Positions 13,528-27,859 of a stretch of DNA of 64,000 bases are shown one piece after another. Position 1 is the first letter of the stretch. Each line of letters begins with the position of its first letter. Both the position numbers and the translations under genes were made by a program. Origin of the DNA: Octopus sinensis (taxonomy: Eukaryota); assembly GCF_006345805.1 (NCBI RefSeq), contig NC_043008.1:75764001-75828000 (forward strand), read 5' to 3'. Under the pieces are notes generated by a model. The model did no database searches, had not been told where the DNA came from, and saw only the letters and a program-made list of their open reading frames with translations.

Positions 13528-14128
13528 CAAAATTTAAAGGACTGACCACATGCAAGGCCACTGGTTTTAATTGATTAATATCAATTTCTACCCTTATTAA
13601 ATTTTAAATAATAAAAAATGTTCTCTAACCGGTAAATTGACTGCTGCTACTTATAGCCTGCAGGGTAGATTTCCGATCTCAGTGCGCGAAAGTGAAGGCA
13701 TTTGAAAGATACACAAAAATATAATCGGTTGGACTCTATGCATGCGGGACTCCGGTCAAACGTTTTGTATCTACTCCTGCAAATTGTATTTCTTTATGAC
13801 AGACTATGCTGAGGAGATTGCGGCTATCCACATGCGTGGATAATAACTTTCGAAACTGATCGGTACATAGGTAATCATTTTTATTTCGCATATTTTCATT
13901 TGTCTTGCTTATTTTTAGTGCTTTGGTTCGTGCTGAATTTTTATTTGAGAACATATTCTTTGTGGAAAATAGCGATTTGACGTCTATATCTAGCATGTTG
14001 ACCGTCCACTTTTAGTGGTCAGTCCTTTAAATGTTGTATGTAAAAATATTTTAATCTTCGGATTTTTTTAATATGTTAGGCCACTGGTTTTAATTGATTA
14101 ATATCAATTTCTACCCTTATTAAATTTT
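13528..14128 (+). mobile_element. Short ORF-less PLE-type element with direct and inverted termini and a hammerhead
   Basis: Direct repeat 13555-13605 vs 14078-14128; short inverted repeat ~13525-13549 vs ~14014-14038; (TA)n flanks. Confidence 0.7.
13804..13870 (+). ncRNA. Type I hammerhead ribozyme motif
   Basis: CTATG-CTGAGGA-GA...TATCCAC/GTGGATA...TC-GAAA-CTGATCG-GTA-CATAG. Confidence 0.75.
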
Positions 14129-14200
14129 ATATATATATATATATACAAATTCAAACATACTCACGCATATGTATACATACATACATACAACATACAAACA

Positions 14201-14236
<36 letters not shown>

Positions 14237-14251
14237 TATATAATATATATA

Positions 14252-14283
<32 letters not shown>

Positions 14284-14324
14284 GGCTGTGTGCATGTGTG
14301 TGTGTGTGTGTGTGTGTGTGGTTG

Positions 14325-16560
14325 GAATTTACAGAAAAAAAATAAAACAAAAGATGAAGACGAGTGTGTAATCAACAAGCAGATGTATTAGTTTAATGCT
14401 CGGGTAGTGAGAAAGTCTTAGGGGCTAGTGACCGTGACGTATGCGTGTGTGCATGTGTAGGTGTTCGGATGATGGTGTGGGAGCTGGGAAGTGGTCAGTG
14501 CTAGTGCGTACGGGGTGGTGTGATGTGGTGTGCAGTGGTATGATGGTGTGTGGTGTGGTGGTGTTGGGTTGTGGATTTGGACGAAGGTGGGGTATGTGGG
14601 AGTGGAATGTGTGGGATGGACTGGGGGTGGGATGGGATGTATAGGGATGGTGGGTGGAAATGTTTAGGGGTGGGGTAACGATGGAGGGGATGATGATGAT
14701 GAAGGGAGAGGTGGAAGGGAAAAGGTGGGTAGGAATGAAGAGAGTAAGTAGATGTCAGCGCAAGAAATGAGATGTAGGTGGGAGTGAAGAGAGGAAATAC
14801 GCGTGAGAGAAAGAGAGGAGAGAGTAGGGGGTTCGATGAAGGGGGTGGAGAGTTGATCCGATGTAACGCAAAGAAGTGAAGAGAGATTAATTTCTGCTCA
14901 CGGCGAAGACGGGAGTCCGGATGGCACCTGCGCAAAGACAATCCGAACATAAACAGGTGATGTAAAGAATGACCAATAGAGAGGAAATGGTGCGAGACCG
15001 GTGTCGTTGCCGAGTCTGATGTCTCGGAGGTGTTCCACGAACCGGTCAGCCAAGCGGCGTTCCGTTTCACCGATGTACAAAGAAGGACAGAGAGCAGCAG
15101 AATGCACTAGATTACGTTGCTAGAAGTGCAGTTGAAGGACTCAGTGATATGGTAGGGTGGATGATGGGTGCCGGTGAGGATAGTGGTGTTGGAGAGATAT
15201 GGGCAAGTGCGGCAGTGTGGACGGGAACAAGGGAACATCCAGGTTGGGAGGTTGGGTTAGGGAAGAAACTGTGGAGCAGGAGGTCACGTTTGATATAGGG
15301 GAGCGGTCGATTAGGGAAAATGTGTAAAGTAGAGGGGTCTGACTGAAATCGCCGGAAGGCTCTGAGAAGAATGTGTTGTAGAGGTAAGGTGGAAGAATGG
15401 TAGGTTAGGGGAAAAGGGAGACGGGTGACGGCGGTGCGGGTGCGGGGGGAGAGAGCAGATCCATGGTCCACAGAACATTCTCTGTAAAGGTTGGTGTCGA
15501 TGGTGGTGAGAGGATTTCTACGTAGGATGAAGTGGCGAGCCATGAGTTGAGACTGAGACTCAAAGTCAAGGTTGTCAGTGCAGAGCCTGTGCAGACGGGG
15601 GAATTTGGAATAGGTGATGAAGAGCTTGGTGTGTTTAGGGTGCGAGGAGGAGAAGTTGAGGTATGAGTGCGAGTCTGTGTGTTTGTAATGGATGGAGGTG
15701 GTGAGAGTGGAGTGATGAATGCTGACCGAAATGTCGAGAAAGGCGACAGAAGTGTCTGAAATAGTGCAGGAGAAATGGTGGGCAGGATAGAAATACTAGA
15801 CGGAAGAGGAATCTAGTTGTTCGTGGGAGAGTGAGGGCGTACCGATACAGTCGTCAAAATAACGTACATATAGTTCGGGAGTAGGACCAATGAAACTAGA
15901 GAATATTTGGGCTTCAACGTTGCCAACGAACAGGTTCTCATAGTTGGGAACCATTCTCTTCCCCATGGCCACTCCCGGGATCTCCTGGTAGAAATCACCC
16001 GCGAACGAGAAGCAGTTAAAGGAAAGAACAAGTTCGACCAGACAAAGAAGTGTGTATGTGTCAATTTGGGTGTTGGGTGAGTGGGCAAGTTATTGTTGGA
16101 GCGCACGAAGCTCCTTGTGGTGAGGGATCATCGTATATAGGCTCTTGATGTCAAGAGTGAAGAGAAGTTTAGAGGGGCCAGGAGAGTAGGAGAAAGAGTT
16201 GTACAGACGAAGAGCATGGTTGGTGTCATGGATGTGAGAGGGGAGGGAAGCCATTCGGGCGGCGAGGACATGGTCAAGATATGTGGAGATGAGTTCGGTG
16301 GGGCTGTTGCAGGCGGAGACAATGGGGCGGCCAGGGTTGTTAGGTTTGTGGATTTTGGGGAGAAAGTAAATTGTTGGAGTTGGAGACAGTGGGGGAGACG
16401 TGGAGGAGGAGATGAGGTCATGGATAGTGGAGGACACCGTCTGTTGGCGTGGGATCTTGAGTTGGCGGAGAGCTTACCGCTCGTGGAGGTCAGCGCGCCA
16501 CACCACCAGAGCCCCACCGTTGTCGACCGGGAGGCCGGCTGGGGAGATGTTCAGATATCG
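14325..16560 (-). mobile_element. Penelope-like element (Neptune-like), decayed RT plus GIY-YIG
   Basis: PTIYFLPKIHKPNNPGRPIVS, LFTLDIKSLYT, linker CSRPHCRTC in an alternative frame, YIGETERRLADRFVEHLR. Confidence 0.85.
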
Positions 16561-16576
16561 TAAATGTCAGCGCGCT

Positions 16577-16651
<75 letters not shown>

Positions 16652-16964
16652 ACTCACCAAGAAAACACGGAAATTTTCTTTTTCAATTGCATATAAATAA
16701 CGAGAAGAGGTAGAAAAGCATAGCGAATTTAAAGGAATTACAAACTCCAGAAGCTCAGAAGAAACTATATGCTGATGCACAACACAATACTCAGTTCTGA
16801 ATGCACTGCATCGTATCACAGAAATCGGTGTAAGCTAATGGAATTCATTGCATAATGACCGCTTCGTTTGTCATATATTTAATTTCTTAATGGAATTAAT
16901 AGAGCTTCTCCACTCACGACAGAATATATCCCTAACCAACTCACCTTTTTAGATATCCTAATAA

Positions 16965-17100
16965 TGCTTTCAAATTTGGCACAAGGTCAGCAAATTCAGG
17001 GAAGGAGCTAAGTTGATTACATAAACCTCGTGTTCAGCCGATTCTTATTTTATAGACCTCACAGTCATGAAAGGCGAAGTCGACCTCTCTGGAATTTGTA
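16965..17100 (-). mobile_element. Old SINE fragment (related copy at ~21190-21350)
   Basis: TTTGGCACAAGG...GATTACA...TTTTAT.GAC...ATGAAAGG shared between both loci. Confidence 0.5.
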
Positions 17101-17104
17101 GATT

Positions 17105-17600
17105 CCCTAAAAATGAAATTCAAAACCAAATATAGATGGACGCTTGTTATAAGCCTTCTGACATCAATAAATGTCTTCCCTTCTATTCATGCGCTGCGCG
17201 ACACACAGGAATAAATGTCTTTAATAACCTAACCAAAACGATTTGTACAATAGTATCCGTTCTTGACATTAAGTTTCGAGAACCGAAATATACTCTCACT
17301 TACACAATTCTTGATCTATAATGCAATTCAATGAGCCATCAAATTCAATATCCAGAAATTAAGACAAACAAAATAAATATAAGAATCGTAATTGAAGCTC
17401 CTAACATATATTCCCAACTAAAATCCTAAAGAGAACGTAATCTAAAATGTCATATTAAAAAACTTACAACTACAGAAAATAGGCCCCAGCCACAAAGAGA
17501 ACGAAATCCCCCCAAAACATATCATGATAAAGAGAAAAAGGCCACCTAAATGAATGAAAGAATTAGCAACAAAGGCCAAATTTCACAAATGCGTGCGTAT
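17105..17600 (+). mobile_element. PLE RT thumb remnant
   Basis: YKPSD...LPFYSC..RHT..N...NL...ICTIV resembles the PLE thumb motif. Confidence 0.55.
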
Positions 17601-17821
17601 TGTTTATAATTGGGACTAATTCTTGCAGCAAAATAATTTTAATCTTAATTGAAGACCATGTGTAATGAACATTACACCGCAAACGTTCACGATGAATACA
17701 TACACACATACATACATATTATGCATATATATATATATATATATGGATAGATAGATGGATAAACAAAGAGATACACATACACACACACGTACATGCATAC
17801 GTACATACATACATATATATA

Positions 17822-17903
<82 letters not shown>

Positions 17904-18584
17904 CATACACACAAATTCACAAAGACACATAAAATTTACAATCATGTCAACAGCCAAAGTCACAGAATTACATATAACTCAGAGAAACTCTCGCACGCAT
18001 GCTCATCCATTACCCTACATATGCTGCGTTTCTCATACACATTGACACAATATCACGTGCATTAATGAACAAGTACGAAACTAATGAGAGACCACCTACG
18101 TAGACTCACGATCAGATAGAAAGAGTAATCTTGTAATTCCGTCTTCAATTAGCTGAGTTGTCTACGCATAACATAATACAGGATAGTCACGGCTAGAAAG
18201 CTTGTGATCAAAGAATTGCTAGAGCGGATTTGACAACCTACTAAACAACAACAACAACTAACAAACAATAACAGGCATATAGAAGTAGAAAATCTGTTAG
18301 CAATCTTTGTTGACATGCTGCCTTCTTAGTGTTTTCCTCTTACACCAGGCACTGAATTTAAAATTCTGATTTGTCAGCTCTCAATACATCATTGCTAATA
18401 AATAAATATAAACATCAAGAGCAAACAAATTTCTACTCAGCATATTGTAACTATGGAATATGATGAATATTAATAGGCTCTGTTAACGTGCACTTAGCAA
18501 ATAGAATAGTAGGCTAAAGCATAGAATCAAAGTAAAATATTCCATCATTACAACACTGTATTAAACATCATATGTGACAGTAAC

Positions 18585-18800
18585 GTCTACTACAGCAAGA
18601 ACAACTACTTCTACTAGTACTGCTTCTACTACTACCAACAACACCATGACCACCATCACCTCTACTACTACTACTACTACTGCTACTGCTACTACTACTA
18701 CTACTACTACTAATAATAATAATAATAATAATAATATCAAAATACTAATGCTTCTACTACTACTACTACACTACTACTACTACTACTACTACCAACACTA
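18585..18800. repeat. (ACT)n/(AAT)n trinucleotide tract
   Basis: Direct reading of the sequence. Confidence 0.9.
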
Positions 18801-20841
18801 TACAAATCAATATCACCAAGCTGCAGTGATCTGTTGCCTGTCGTCTGTTATGCTCACTGTCTCTGAAAGAAATTTCACTACTAACGCAGTTTATTTGGAA
18901 GATCTATATAGGTGGTAATTCTCTCTGGTTTCTTTAATTTTCGGCTGGAGTTAAGCCCCTCGTTATAGTGTATAAAAGTGTTCTGGGCAACATGTTCAAT
19001 GATGTGAAATCGTTTATGACCTGTTTGAGGCATTGAAATTCACGGAGCCTAAAATATATACAAAATAACGCTACTGTGTGCAATCATAGTAGTTCGAACC
19101 GTGAAATATTTTTAATACTTCAAATGTGTATAAAGTTGAAAAGTAAGAAAATGTAGCGAGTTATCTTGTTATGACATAATATATTCAGGACATACAACTG
19201 CGTGAGTAGCAGCCGTTTATTGATATGAAATTATTCAACACTGTCTACATTGCAAAGGTGAGTAAATTTGTTAGACAACGAACAACACAAGAGTCTGCAA
19301 CTGAAATCAAATACAAAATATATATAGTCTTACTTCTACACCGCCAAAACTTCTGTTCTAGCAACATTCAAATGAAGTGCAGGTGGAAACGCTGCAAGTT
19401 ATCGATTGTTGTCCTATGTGGGCATAGATTTATCTCTCATTGTAAACCTGGACCAAAAGATTGGCTGAATTGCTCTCCGGGGACCCACTTGACATATATA
19501 GTTAGCTTGGTAGTTATCATCATTTAAACATTCTCAGTAAAGAATTTGCTATGAGAAGAGGAACTCAATGACGGCAATTGCCATACGTCAGAAGATTACA
19601 TTATCAACCAAACAGTTTTATTTGCTAAACCTTTTTACTGGAATTACAGTACATAAACGAGAGCACGAGTTAATTAAGCTTACGTGCACAAAGTGAAAAT
19701 CGGGAAAAGAATTATTCATCTAAATGTGTGATGTACACGTACTTTTAAAGCATAAAATATTTAGCCATGATTCAGGATAGTATTCTTAAAGTAAATATTA
19801 CGCTCAGGGTGGTAATACAGACCATATCTTAAATATAACATGTACACACATATCGGTTTATATTTAATCCTTCATTTAATGTTTTATTTCATGCTAAAAT
19901 TTTAGGGAACGTAAATAGAAAGTACATTCCATTGGGAAAACAAATATCTACTAGTCATGTTCTTTTTACTTTCAATCAATATTTTTCAAAACATTGGTAT
20001 ATGATTATAATCCAGTTTTGAAATTTTTAAACAAATTCAGAGAAAATTGTAGACATTACACATGCTATTCAATTTCGTAAAAACCTTATCACCATGGAAT
20101 TGAATGTGATTTTCCTAAAGTTTCTGCCGAACAATTTATCTTTAATAGAATCAGGAAAAATGGAATATTTAGCATGTATAAAACAAAAGATAGTATAATG
20201 AGCTATATTTATATGATCAAAGAAACAGATTTACCGAGTCTTTATTCAACAAGGTACACGACACAAAACAAAATATTTATATTAGTAATATTATAATTAT
20301 AATTTAAAGCATAAACTATAGTGATGTTGTTGATTAAGGAATTAATGACTATTGTTGTGTTTGAAGGAACATATCCATTCCATCTGTTGGAATCTGTATC
20401 GCCGATGAAAGAAACAACGTTAATGAACTGTAATAAAATTTAATGTAAGTCGATTGTTTCATACTACAAACAGCATAATTAGTAAATATTTTATAAAACA
20501 TCAGTTAATTAATCTGAAGATTATGCAAATAAGAATGGATCGATATTTGAGGGAGCTGGATTTGAAACAAGTATATTGTTTTTACAACCAAACTTTCTGT
20601 CTTTGAAGTTTAATTAAAGCTGACATATGCATGTTCTTTTTTTCACTTTTTGATTTATAATTTTGTTTCACTTAATTCATATATGTTGAAATAATGAGAC
20701 TATGAAAACGATGTGCATAATATCAGATAAAATTTCTTGAAGAATCTGTGGTTCTCTGGTGAAAAATCTATCGCCATATTTACACTCTGCTGAAGTTATA
20801 GTAATGTTAAATTTAGTAATGATATGTTGCCAAGTTTTTAT

Positions 20842-20875
<34 letters not shown>

Positions 20876-21845
20876 TGTGTCTAAGAAGGGGATCAAATAT
20901 AACTACAGAATACAATGTAGGATGGGCAAGTGTAAAAGAGATGAGTTAATTTAATAAAATTGTTACGCGTGTTGCAATATTTAACACCAACACGTAAACA
21001 TGTTTGGTCAAATCCCACTGAAATAAATTTTATCTTTAGCGCTCCATTGCTGGACCACTTACAGACATTTTATAGTTTATATATGCAACAAACACTACAA
21101 ATAATTATCATGAGGTAAATTATGGACCTGAAATATTACGGACGGTATTCGAACTCAAAGCATTTGGGACTCGAAATTTATCTCTGAATATTGGTTTCAA
21201 AGTTTGGCACAAGGTGAAGTGTAAGTCGATTACAATGACTGTCAGTATTCAAATGATACATATTTTATTGACAATGAAAGGGAGGAAATGAGAGGTCTTT
21301 CACCCCTTTCGGGGTCAAGAAGCATTTTTCTCGGTGTGCTAATGATTCTGCCAACTCACACACATGCTTAATTTCCAAGTGTTAACAATGATTATAAGCG
21401 TTGTATCATTTTGTTTACAGCTTGCTGATTATTATTAATTAATCTCTGGCATTTTATTCATCACCCATAGTTGAAATATGTATTGTCACATAGTCAATCT
21501 CCAATTATTGGATGGTGTAAGTAGAAATGCAAGTACACAATTTACTTGAAATATCTTATAACAGTGTCACGCTTCAGCATTTATATATTCTGTTATTTAG
21601 ATAGCCAAAGTTGTTTTCTATAGCTAATTTCGCATTTTTCAGTTCTTGAAATGCCATCCTATCACCGTATATGAATAATTATTTCATATGATAATTTCAT
21701 GTAAGTCTCTCTTAATCTCTCTGTTTATCTGTCATGCTCTCTATGTTGCGTATGCGTGTGTGTGCGTGTATTTATGCATGTATGTATATATATATATATA
21801 TAAACGAGTAACAAAGATGTATAAGTATGTATATATACATATGTA

Positions 21846-21913
<68 letters not shown>

Positions 21914-22114
21914 TAGGTGAATGAATTATCCTTGTATGGACAATTCGGTTAACCGATACCCGGGTAGCAAATTCACGTCAGAAAACACGGTTGAAGCTAC
22001 ATGCCAGCGGCAGACATCACGTGTTTTCTTGTGGAAATTTGTGTATTTTTTTAACTATAAATATAAATAAGTGAAAGAATGGAGCCGAACGACGATTTTA
22101 ACAAAATTCCTTTA

Positions 22115-22197
22115 TTCTCGACATATGTTTCGAAGACTGCATATTCTTAATTCCGAAGGAATAAAGGGTGCATTATGCCGTCTTTTCATCAGGAAAG
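22115..22197 (-). ncRNA. Type I hammerhead motif with extended stem II in the 3' pLTR
   Basis: TTTC-CTGATGA-AAAGAC.GCATA...TATGC.GTCTTC-GAAA-CATAT-GTC-GAGA. Confidence 0.7.
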
Positions 22198-22771
22198 ACA
22201 AGAAACCTATGTCAGCATCAGGACGAACAAAAACTTTTAGATGACTTCCCACATGGAGTCCACAGTAATAATGAGTGTTCCTTTAAAATATTTCGTTATA
22301 AGCAGTGACGTCAAAATTGGTTGGATGGAGAATGTTCTAAAAAGTTCAAGAGTTCAAAATTGGTTCGAAGGAGAAAGTTCTAAGAATAGGAAGGAGACAG
22401 AGTGCAAGTCGTATGTATGGGGATGCGTGGTTGTTTGCTTTTGCTAATGAGTTTGAGTGTCTATGTGTGTGTATGTATATAACTGCATTAGTGTCTGTGT
22501 GTGTGTATGTGTGTGCGTGATTGTATGGGGGGGACAAATGCCAAATACATCTAGAGGTGAAGTGACAAATTTGTGTCTGTGTGTTTGATTGTGCTTATGA
22601 TAGAGAGAGGGAGAGAGAGAGGGGGAGGTAGAGAGACAGAGGTAAAACATACCCCAACGAAATTTGGTAGTAGCTCTTCATGTAACAGAGTATAAGAAAA
22701 GATTTGTCTATGGCGGTGTTGTAAAAGTGGAACTAAATTATTAAATTCTAAGAGGTTATCTATATTAATCA

Positions 22772-25345
22772 TCATTCATATGAGTGGAAAGTGTGCTTCT
22801 GCCAGTGCATGCACTTATAGGATTTTTCTATTATTGTGTTTACCAAGGGGAATTTGGCGAAAAGAATATAGAAGAGCTCGGAATTACAGACGCCACAATA
22901 TTTCCTGCCCTTATCAAAAGGAAAGGATACGGACAATATGGACCAATCCAGCTTGAAAGTTATATTGCTGTCCTTAAGACGCCAAACTAATTTACTTAGT
23001 CCTGTACTTTGTTGTTTTCTCATATCTCGGAAAGTTGAATAATGATTGGAAATTCTCTGGGACAATTTAGAAGTAGTCGCCCCAATATAGAAGAAGACAC
23101 CGGTACCGGAAGAAATTTTACACTGGTAAATAGAATTTCTAATTTTGGAATTACTGGACAAGAACTTTAATCTGTAACGGTTTACCTCCGAGACTAAGAC
23201 GGAGTTTTTATTGTTATGATTGCTGTTAATATTATTGCTAGCATTGACCACTATACTAGTTCTATTATTGTTATTATTATTAATTGTACTATCGCCGGCA
23301 ATATCCCTGACTATAGAAATGCTGTCGTTGTTATCATCAACACTACCACTGTTATTTGAAATGCTGTCGTTGTTACCATCAACACTACCACTGTTATTAA
23401 TCCGACTAATATTACTATTAATATTACCATTGTTAATACCAACGCTGTTACGAATGTTGCTATTATCAATACTATTTCTATTATTATTATTGTATGTTTG
23501 GTTGGAATTGATAAGAATAGTGTCGTAACTCCCGGGTGAAGAATCCTTGTTGAGCAGCTTGTTATTATGGGAGGCAATAATTTGCGAAAGATTTCTAGTG
23601 TTAAAGAATGCAATCCTTACCTTATGCGAATTGATAGTAGAGTGATACCTAGAATTCCTGGGAAAGTTCCTAGCTACAGCTTCACGGAACTGTAAAGGAA
23701 GGTTTGACTTGATTTGTTTTCCGAAAGGTATGACAAACCAGATATAATTTTTTGTAGACTTAGAATTGCTGAAAGCGTTACTAGTTACATTAAAGGGAAT
23801 ATTTCTGTGCTGGAAAATTGGGGTTGGTTGCCTCCCCTGGTCCGTAAATTATTTTTCTTAAGTACAGTGGTGCTGACGTTGTTAGAGCTGAAATCATTAT
23901 TCTCACTATTTCTATTGTTATTAGTTTTCTTATCCTGAGAAGCATATATTGGTTTAGAATGGGCCAGGTCGTTGTATGATACATTATCTCTATAACCGGC
24001 TTTTGACAAGGCGGCGTTATAAAATTCCGCTTTCTGGTTAAAGATGTCGCCATTAGCAGATAATTTTGACAGTCTTAAAGAAATATTTTTAACTAAATTA
24101 TCGGTAATAGTTTTGGCATGTTTACTGAAAATGCTGATATATTTAAGATTAGTAGAAGGTTTATTATTATGGAAGTATGAATTATTCTGCAGATTTAGGG
24201 TAACGTCTAAGAAGTTGGCTTTAGATAATTCATCGTCAAAAACTATGCTTAAGCCCATTCTCCTAAAAAATTTAGCTAATCTCTTCTTAATCTTCTGTAT
24301 TCTATTGTTCGGAGCATTCTGGAGGTAAAGTAGACAATCGTCTCGATACAGACCGCCACAGATGTCCGGGAATTGGTCGGCCAATTCATAGAGAATATAA
24401 ATTCCGACCAAATCTGCGGACCCACAACTTATTATCGAACTGTATGAAAGATTTTCTAGCTGCTAATATCACATTAATTTCCTCCCTGGAGAGGCCTGTC
24501 TTATTATGTGCGTGCCATAGGGCCTTATTGAATACACTAGGGTTGATCGAAGGGTAGAAACTAGATATATCGAATTGTATAAATTTTGTGTTGTCCTTAT
24601 TAGTAATAGAAGTAAACCACTCTACGACTTGAGTGGAGTTAGACCATAAGCTGAGTTTTAACTTATTGATTAATATAGGTATGTATTTATCTAAAATGTA
24701 CTTACTAAGGGTACCGATGTCGGAACTAGAAGGGCATATGAGCCTTAATGCCGGGTTGGTATGAAAGTTCTGTTTATGGTCCTTAACGATGAATCTCGGT
24801 TGTCTGGGTTTCAGCGGTTGTGTTTTCATTTGTAATCCATACGTTTCCATGATTTTCTTAATTTCTAAGTTGGCCTGTCTGAGTGTATTCCTATTTGTTG
24901 TCCTGTAATTCTTATGTATTTCTTTTTTGAGCATTTCTAAATAATGGTTCTTTGCAAGCTTATATATGTTCCGGGTTTTATCCGATTGGACCAGGATAGC
25001 GTCTAATCTGTTTATATCTCTGGCGACTTTATCGAGGTATTTGAGGTGTTTATTACTAAGGGGTGATTTACGAAATTTATTGTTCCTTACGATGTCCCAC
25101 AGATCATTTTCAAATTTCTTCAGTCTGGGATTAGGTGGATGGGTTCCTCTCGACCTAAATAGTTTTTTATATTCAAAAGAGACGTCGTTACTTTTCCGTT
25201 TTATGTCCTCATTATCATGGAAGAAGGCGAACCATCTGATGCGGATGATAAATGCATTAGTTTTGTTAACAATTTCCTTAAGGAAGGTTTCTTTCGGTGG
25301 TATTGGTATGTCCTTAAGGGATGCGTTAATGTCGAACAACTCCAT
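22772..25345 (-). pseudogene. PLE RT plus GIY-YIG ORF, frameshifted, with internal RT deletion
   Basis: SLKDIPIP, IRWFAFFH, RLICPSSSDIG, QFDISSFYPSI, GGLYRDD, SIYQC...FYIGAT...RISNH, CGVCNSE...CMH. Confidence 0.9.
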
Positions 25346-25757
25346 TTGCGGTATCGGTTAAGATAGCAGGATCTCAAGGAGACTATATAAGAGTATTTAA
25401 GTAGGTGAATGAATTATCCTAGTATGGACAATTCGGTTAACCGATACCCGGGTAGCAAATTCACGTCAGAAAACACGGTTGAAGCTATATGCCAGGGGCA
25501 GAAATCACGTGTTTTCGTGTGGAAATTTTTTTTTTTTTTTAACTAAAAATATAAATAAGTGAAAGAATGGAGTCGAACGACGATTTTAACAAAATTCCTT
25601 TATTCTCGACATATGTTTCGAAGACTGCATATTCTTAATTCCGAAGGCGGCATAATGCACCCTTTATTCCTTCGGAATTAAATATATGCAGTCTTCGAAA
25701 CATATGTCGAGAATAAAGGAATTTTGTTAAAATCGTCGTTCGACTCCATTCTTTCAC

Positions 25758-25827
<70 letters not shown>

Positions 25828-25879
25828 TTGTATACACACACATATACATATACATATATAACGTATGTGGGTTCAGTGC

Positions 25880-26890
25880 GTAGGTGATGTAAACGATGAG
25901 GTACGCTAGATAAGTGTTGTAACGGATTACTGGGGCTGCAAATTTGTATCCGAGGCGGTAGTTATGGATCCATAGCAGATTTCCTATTTAATAATTATAT
26001 ACAGTGGTTAAACAAAATAATGGAAGCACTTTAAAATTTCAAGAAAATTTATTTTAATATACGGTAGGACCTACTTTGGCAGGAATTATAGCTTGAATTC
26101 TACGAGGTATAGACTCTTACTTGGATAAGATCTTCCAATGGATATTGTAACTGCCATCTTTATCTTCTAAGGACCAGATAATTTGGTCGTTTTACTTTTT
26201 TCCGAAACTCAAGCTGTGATTATTGTACCTGGCCTTGAAATTGCCCTCTGTAAGGCCCACGTATTTCTTCGTCGAAACCGTGTCCTTAGTAGATATAGAG
26301 TCCGCGGTGGCTTCATAAATGATGGTCTGGGAGAAACAAGCTCCGTTTAGCGGGCACAAATATTTATCACTGCATAAACAACTGGTTTGATATTGTGGTT
26401 TTTGTGTGATGTATGCGATTATATTTTTAAAATTAGTAGTTGAGCTGAAATTGATTTTTAAGTTATGTCTATTGAAGAGCTTTCTGTAATTATGGTTGAC
26501 TGGTAAATGTCTATCTATCAGTGCTAAGAAATACTTGCCTGTACTAAAGGTCACTTCGGGTGAGTAGGCGGTGTGAACCAAAAATTTTTCCTATTCCCAT
26601 GTTCCCTTTTCTTTATTATTGGACTGGTGGCAGGTATATAGGTTATTTCCTCGCTAAATTCACTATCTTGTAGAGCCTTATTATATACTGGGGCAACGCT
26701 ATTAAAAATGTCCCTATCGGAAGAGATACTATAAATTATTTTGCTAATGTTTTTAACTAAATTTTAAAACACTATGGGGGATGGCTGAACCCACATTAAT
26801 ATATCTAAGTCTATCGTTGGGCTTTCTAGAAGGTTTATAAATGTTCTTATTTAGATCTTAAAATACATATGAGAAATTGACAACAGTCAT
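25880..26890 (-). mobile_element. PLE fragment (thumb, linker, GIY-YIG)
   Basis: CLCSDKYLCPLNGAC, IIYEA...KYVGLTEGNFKARYNNH. Confidence 0.8.
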
Positions 26891-27813
26891 AAAATGAAAT
26901 GTTCTTATGCTTCTTTATAATATTAATCTAAAGATATTTTAATCTAAATTAATCATAAAATTTATATGATAAACTGTAAATATTTTGAGAATTTATGGTA
27001 GAGTAAGAAATATATTTCATCTAAAACATGAATCTATAGTTCACTCACTATATTCATTACAATAATTTTAATCAACGATTCATGAAATCAAAAGTTCCTA
27101 CAAAATACGCCAAGTTTAAACAAATTTGTATAGTTACGATTATTATAAGCTATACTATTTCTTACAAAAATGATAATATATGATTAAATAAATTATTAGA
27201 ATTTTACTTAGTTTTACAGAAATAAATAAATTAGAGTAAGCTAGTAGTTTTATTTTTCCATTGTTTTTATGTGTATATAAGTTAGAAAGAAAATAATATG
27301 ATGCTATATACTAAATATTATAGGGTCTGCAGGAAATATTCATATATGCAAACATATAATTATATTTAAGAATTATTCTAATCTATTTATGCGTACTAAT
27401 ATAAACATTATTCTTAGTTATTAACAAGTAAATACCACAAATTTTCTTAGTTTATCAGTGGAAAATACCACTGTAAATCAATGTTTATATATTTATACAT
27501 TCATTGCTTACGAAAATAGTTCCGGAAATCCATACTTACAATAGAAATGCTTTTAATCACAATAGAGCGTTTTATAATATCATTTATATACTATTATTAT
27601 TAAATTTAATTTAATAATAATAATAATAACTTATAATTATATTATATTTAGATGATAGCATAATTAAAACTTATATCTTAGCTACCAAATACAAAGGCAA
27701 ATACTTACGGAAAATACATTATGGTGTTTAATAATCTATTCATTAATCAACTGAAATAATATACGAATGCTTGCATACATTGGGAGAGAGAGAGGAGGAA
27801 AAGAAAAAAAGAC

Positions 27814-27828
27814 AAGAAGAAGAAGAAG

Positions 27829-27858
<30 letters not shown>
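27814..27858. repeat. (GAA)n microsatellite
   Basis: Direct reading of the sequence. Confidence 0.9.

Positions 27859-27859
<1 letters not shown>

Larger units (their letters stand above)
21912..25765 (-). mobile_element. Near full-length Penelope-like element (Hydra-clade-like) with pLTRs and 5' inverted tail
   Basis: pLTR direct repeat 21912-~22158 vs 25399-~25647; fold-back ~25552-25765; ORF pieces 22772-25345; (TA)n flanks. Confidence 0.9.

Noticed and set aside
18574-18918. Thr/Asn-rich mucin-like ORF
   Set aside because: Trinucleotide repeat with no domain or splice support.
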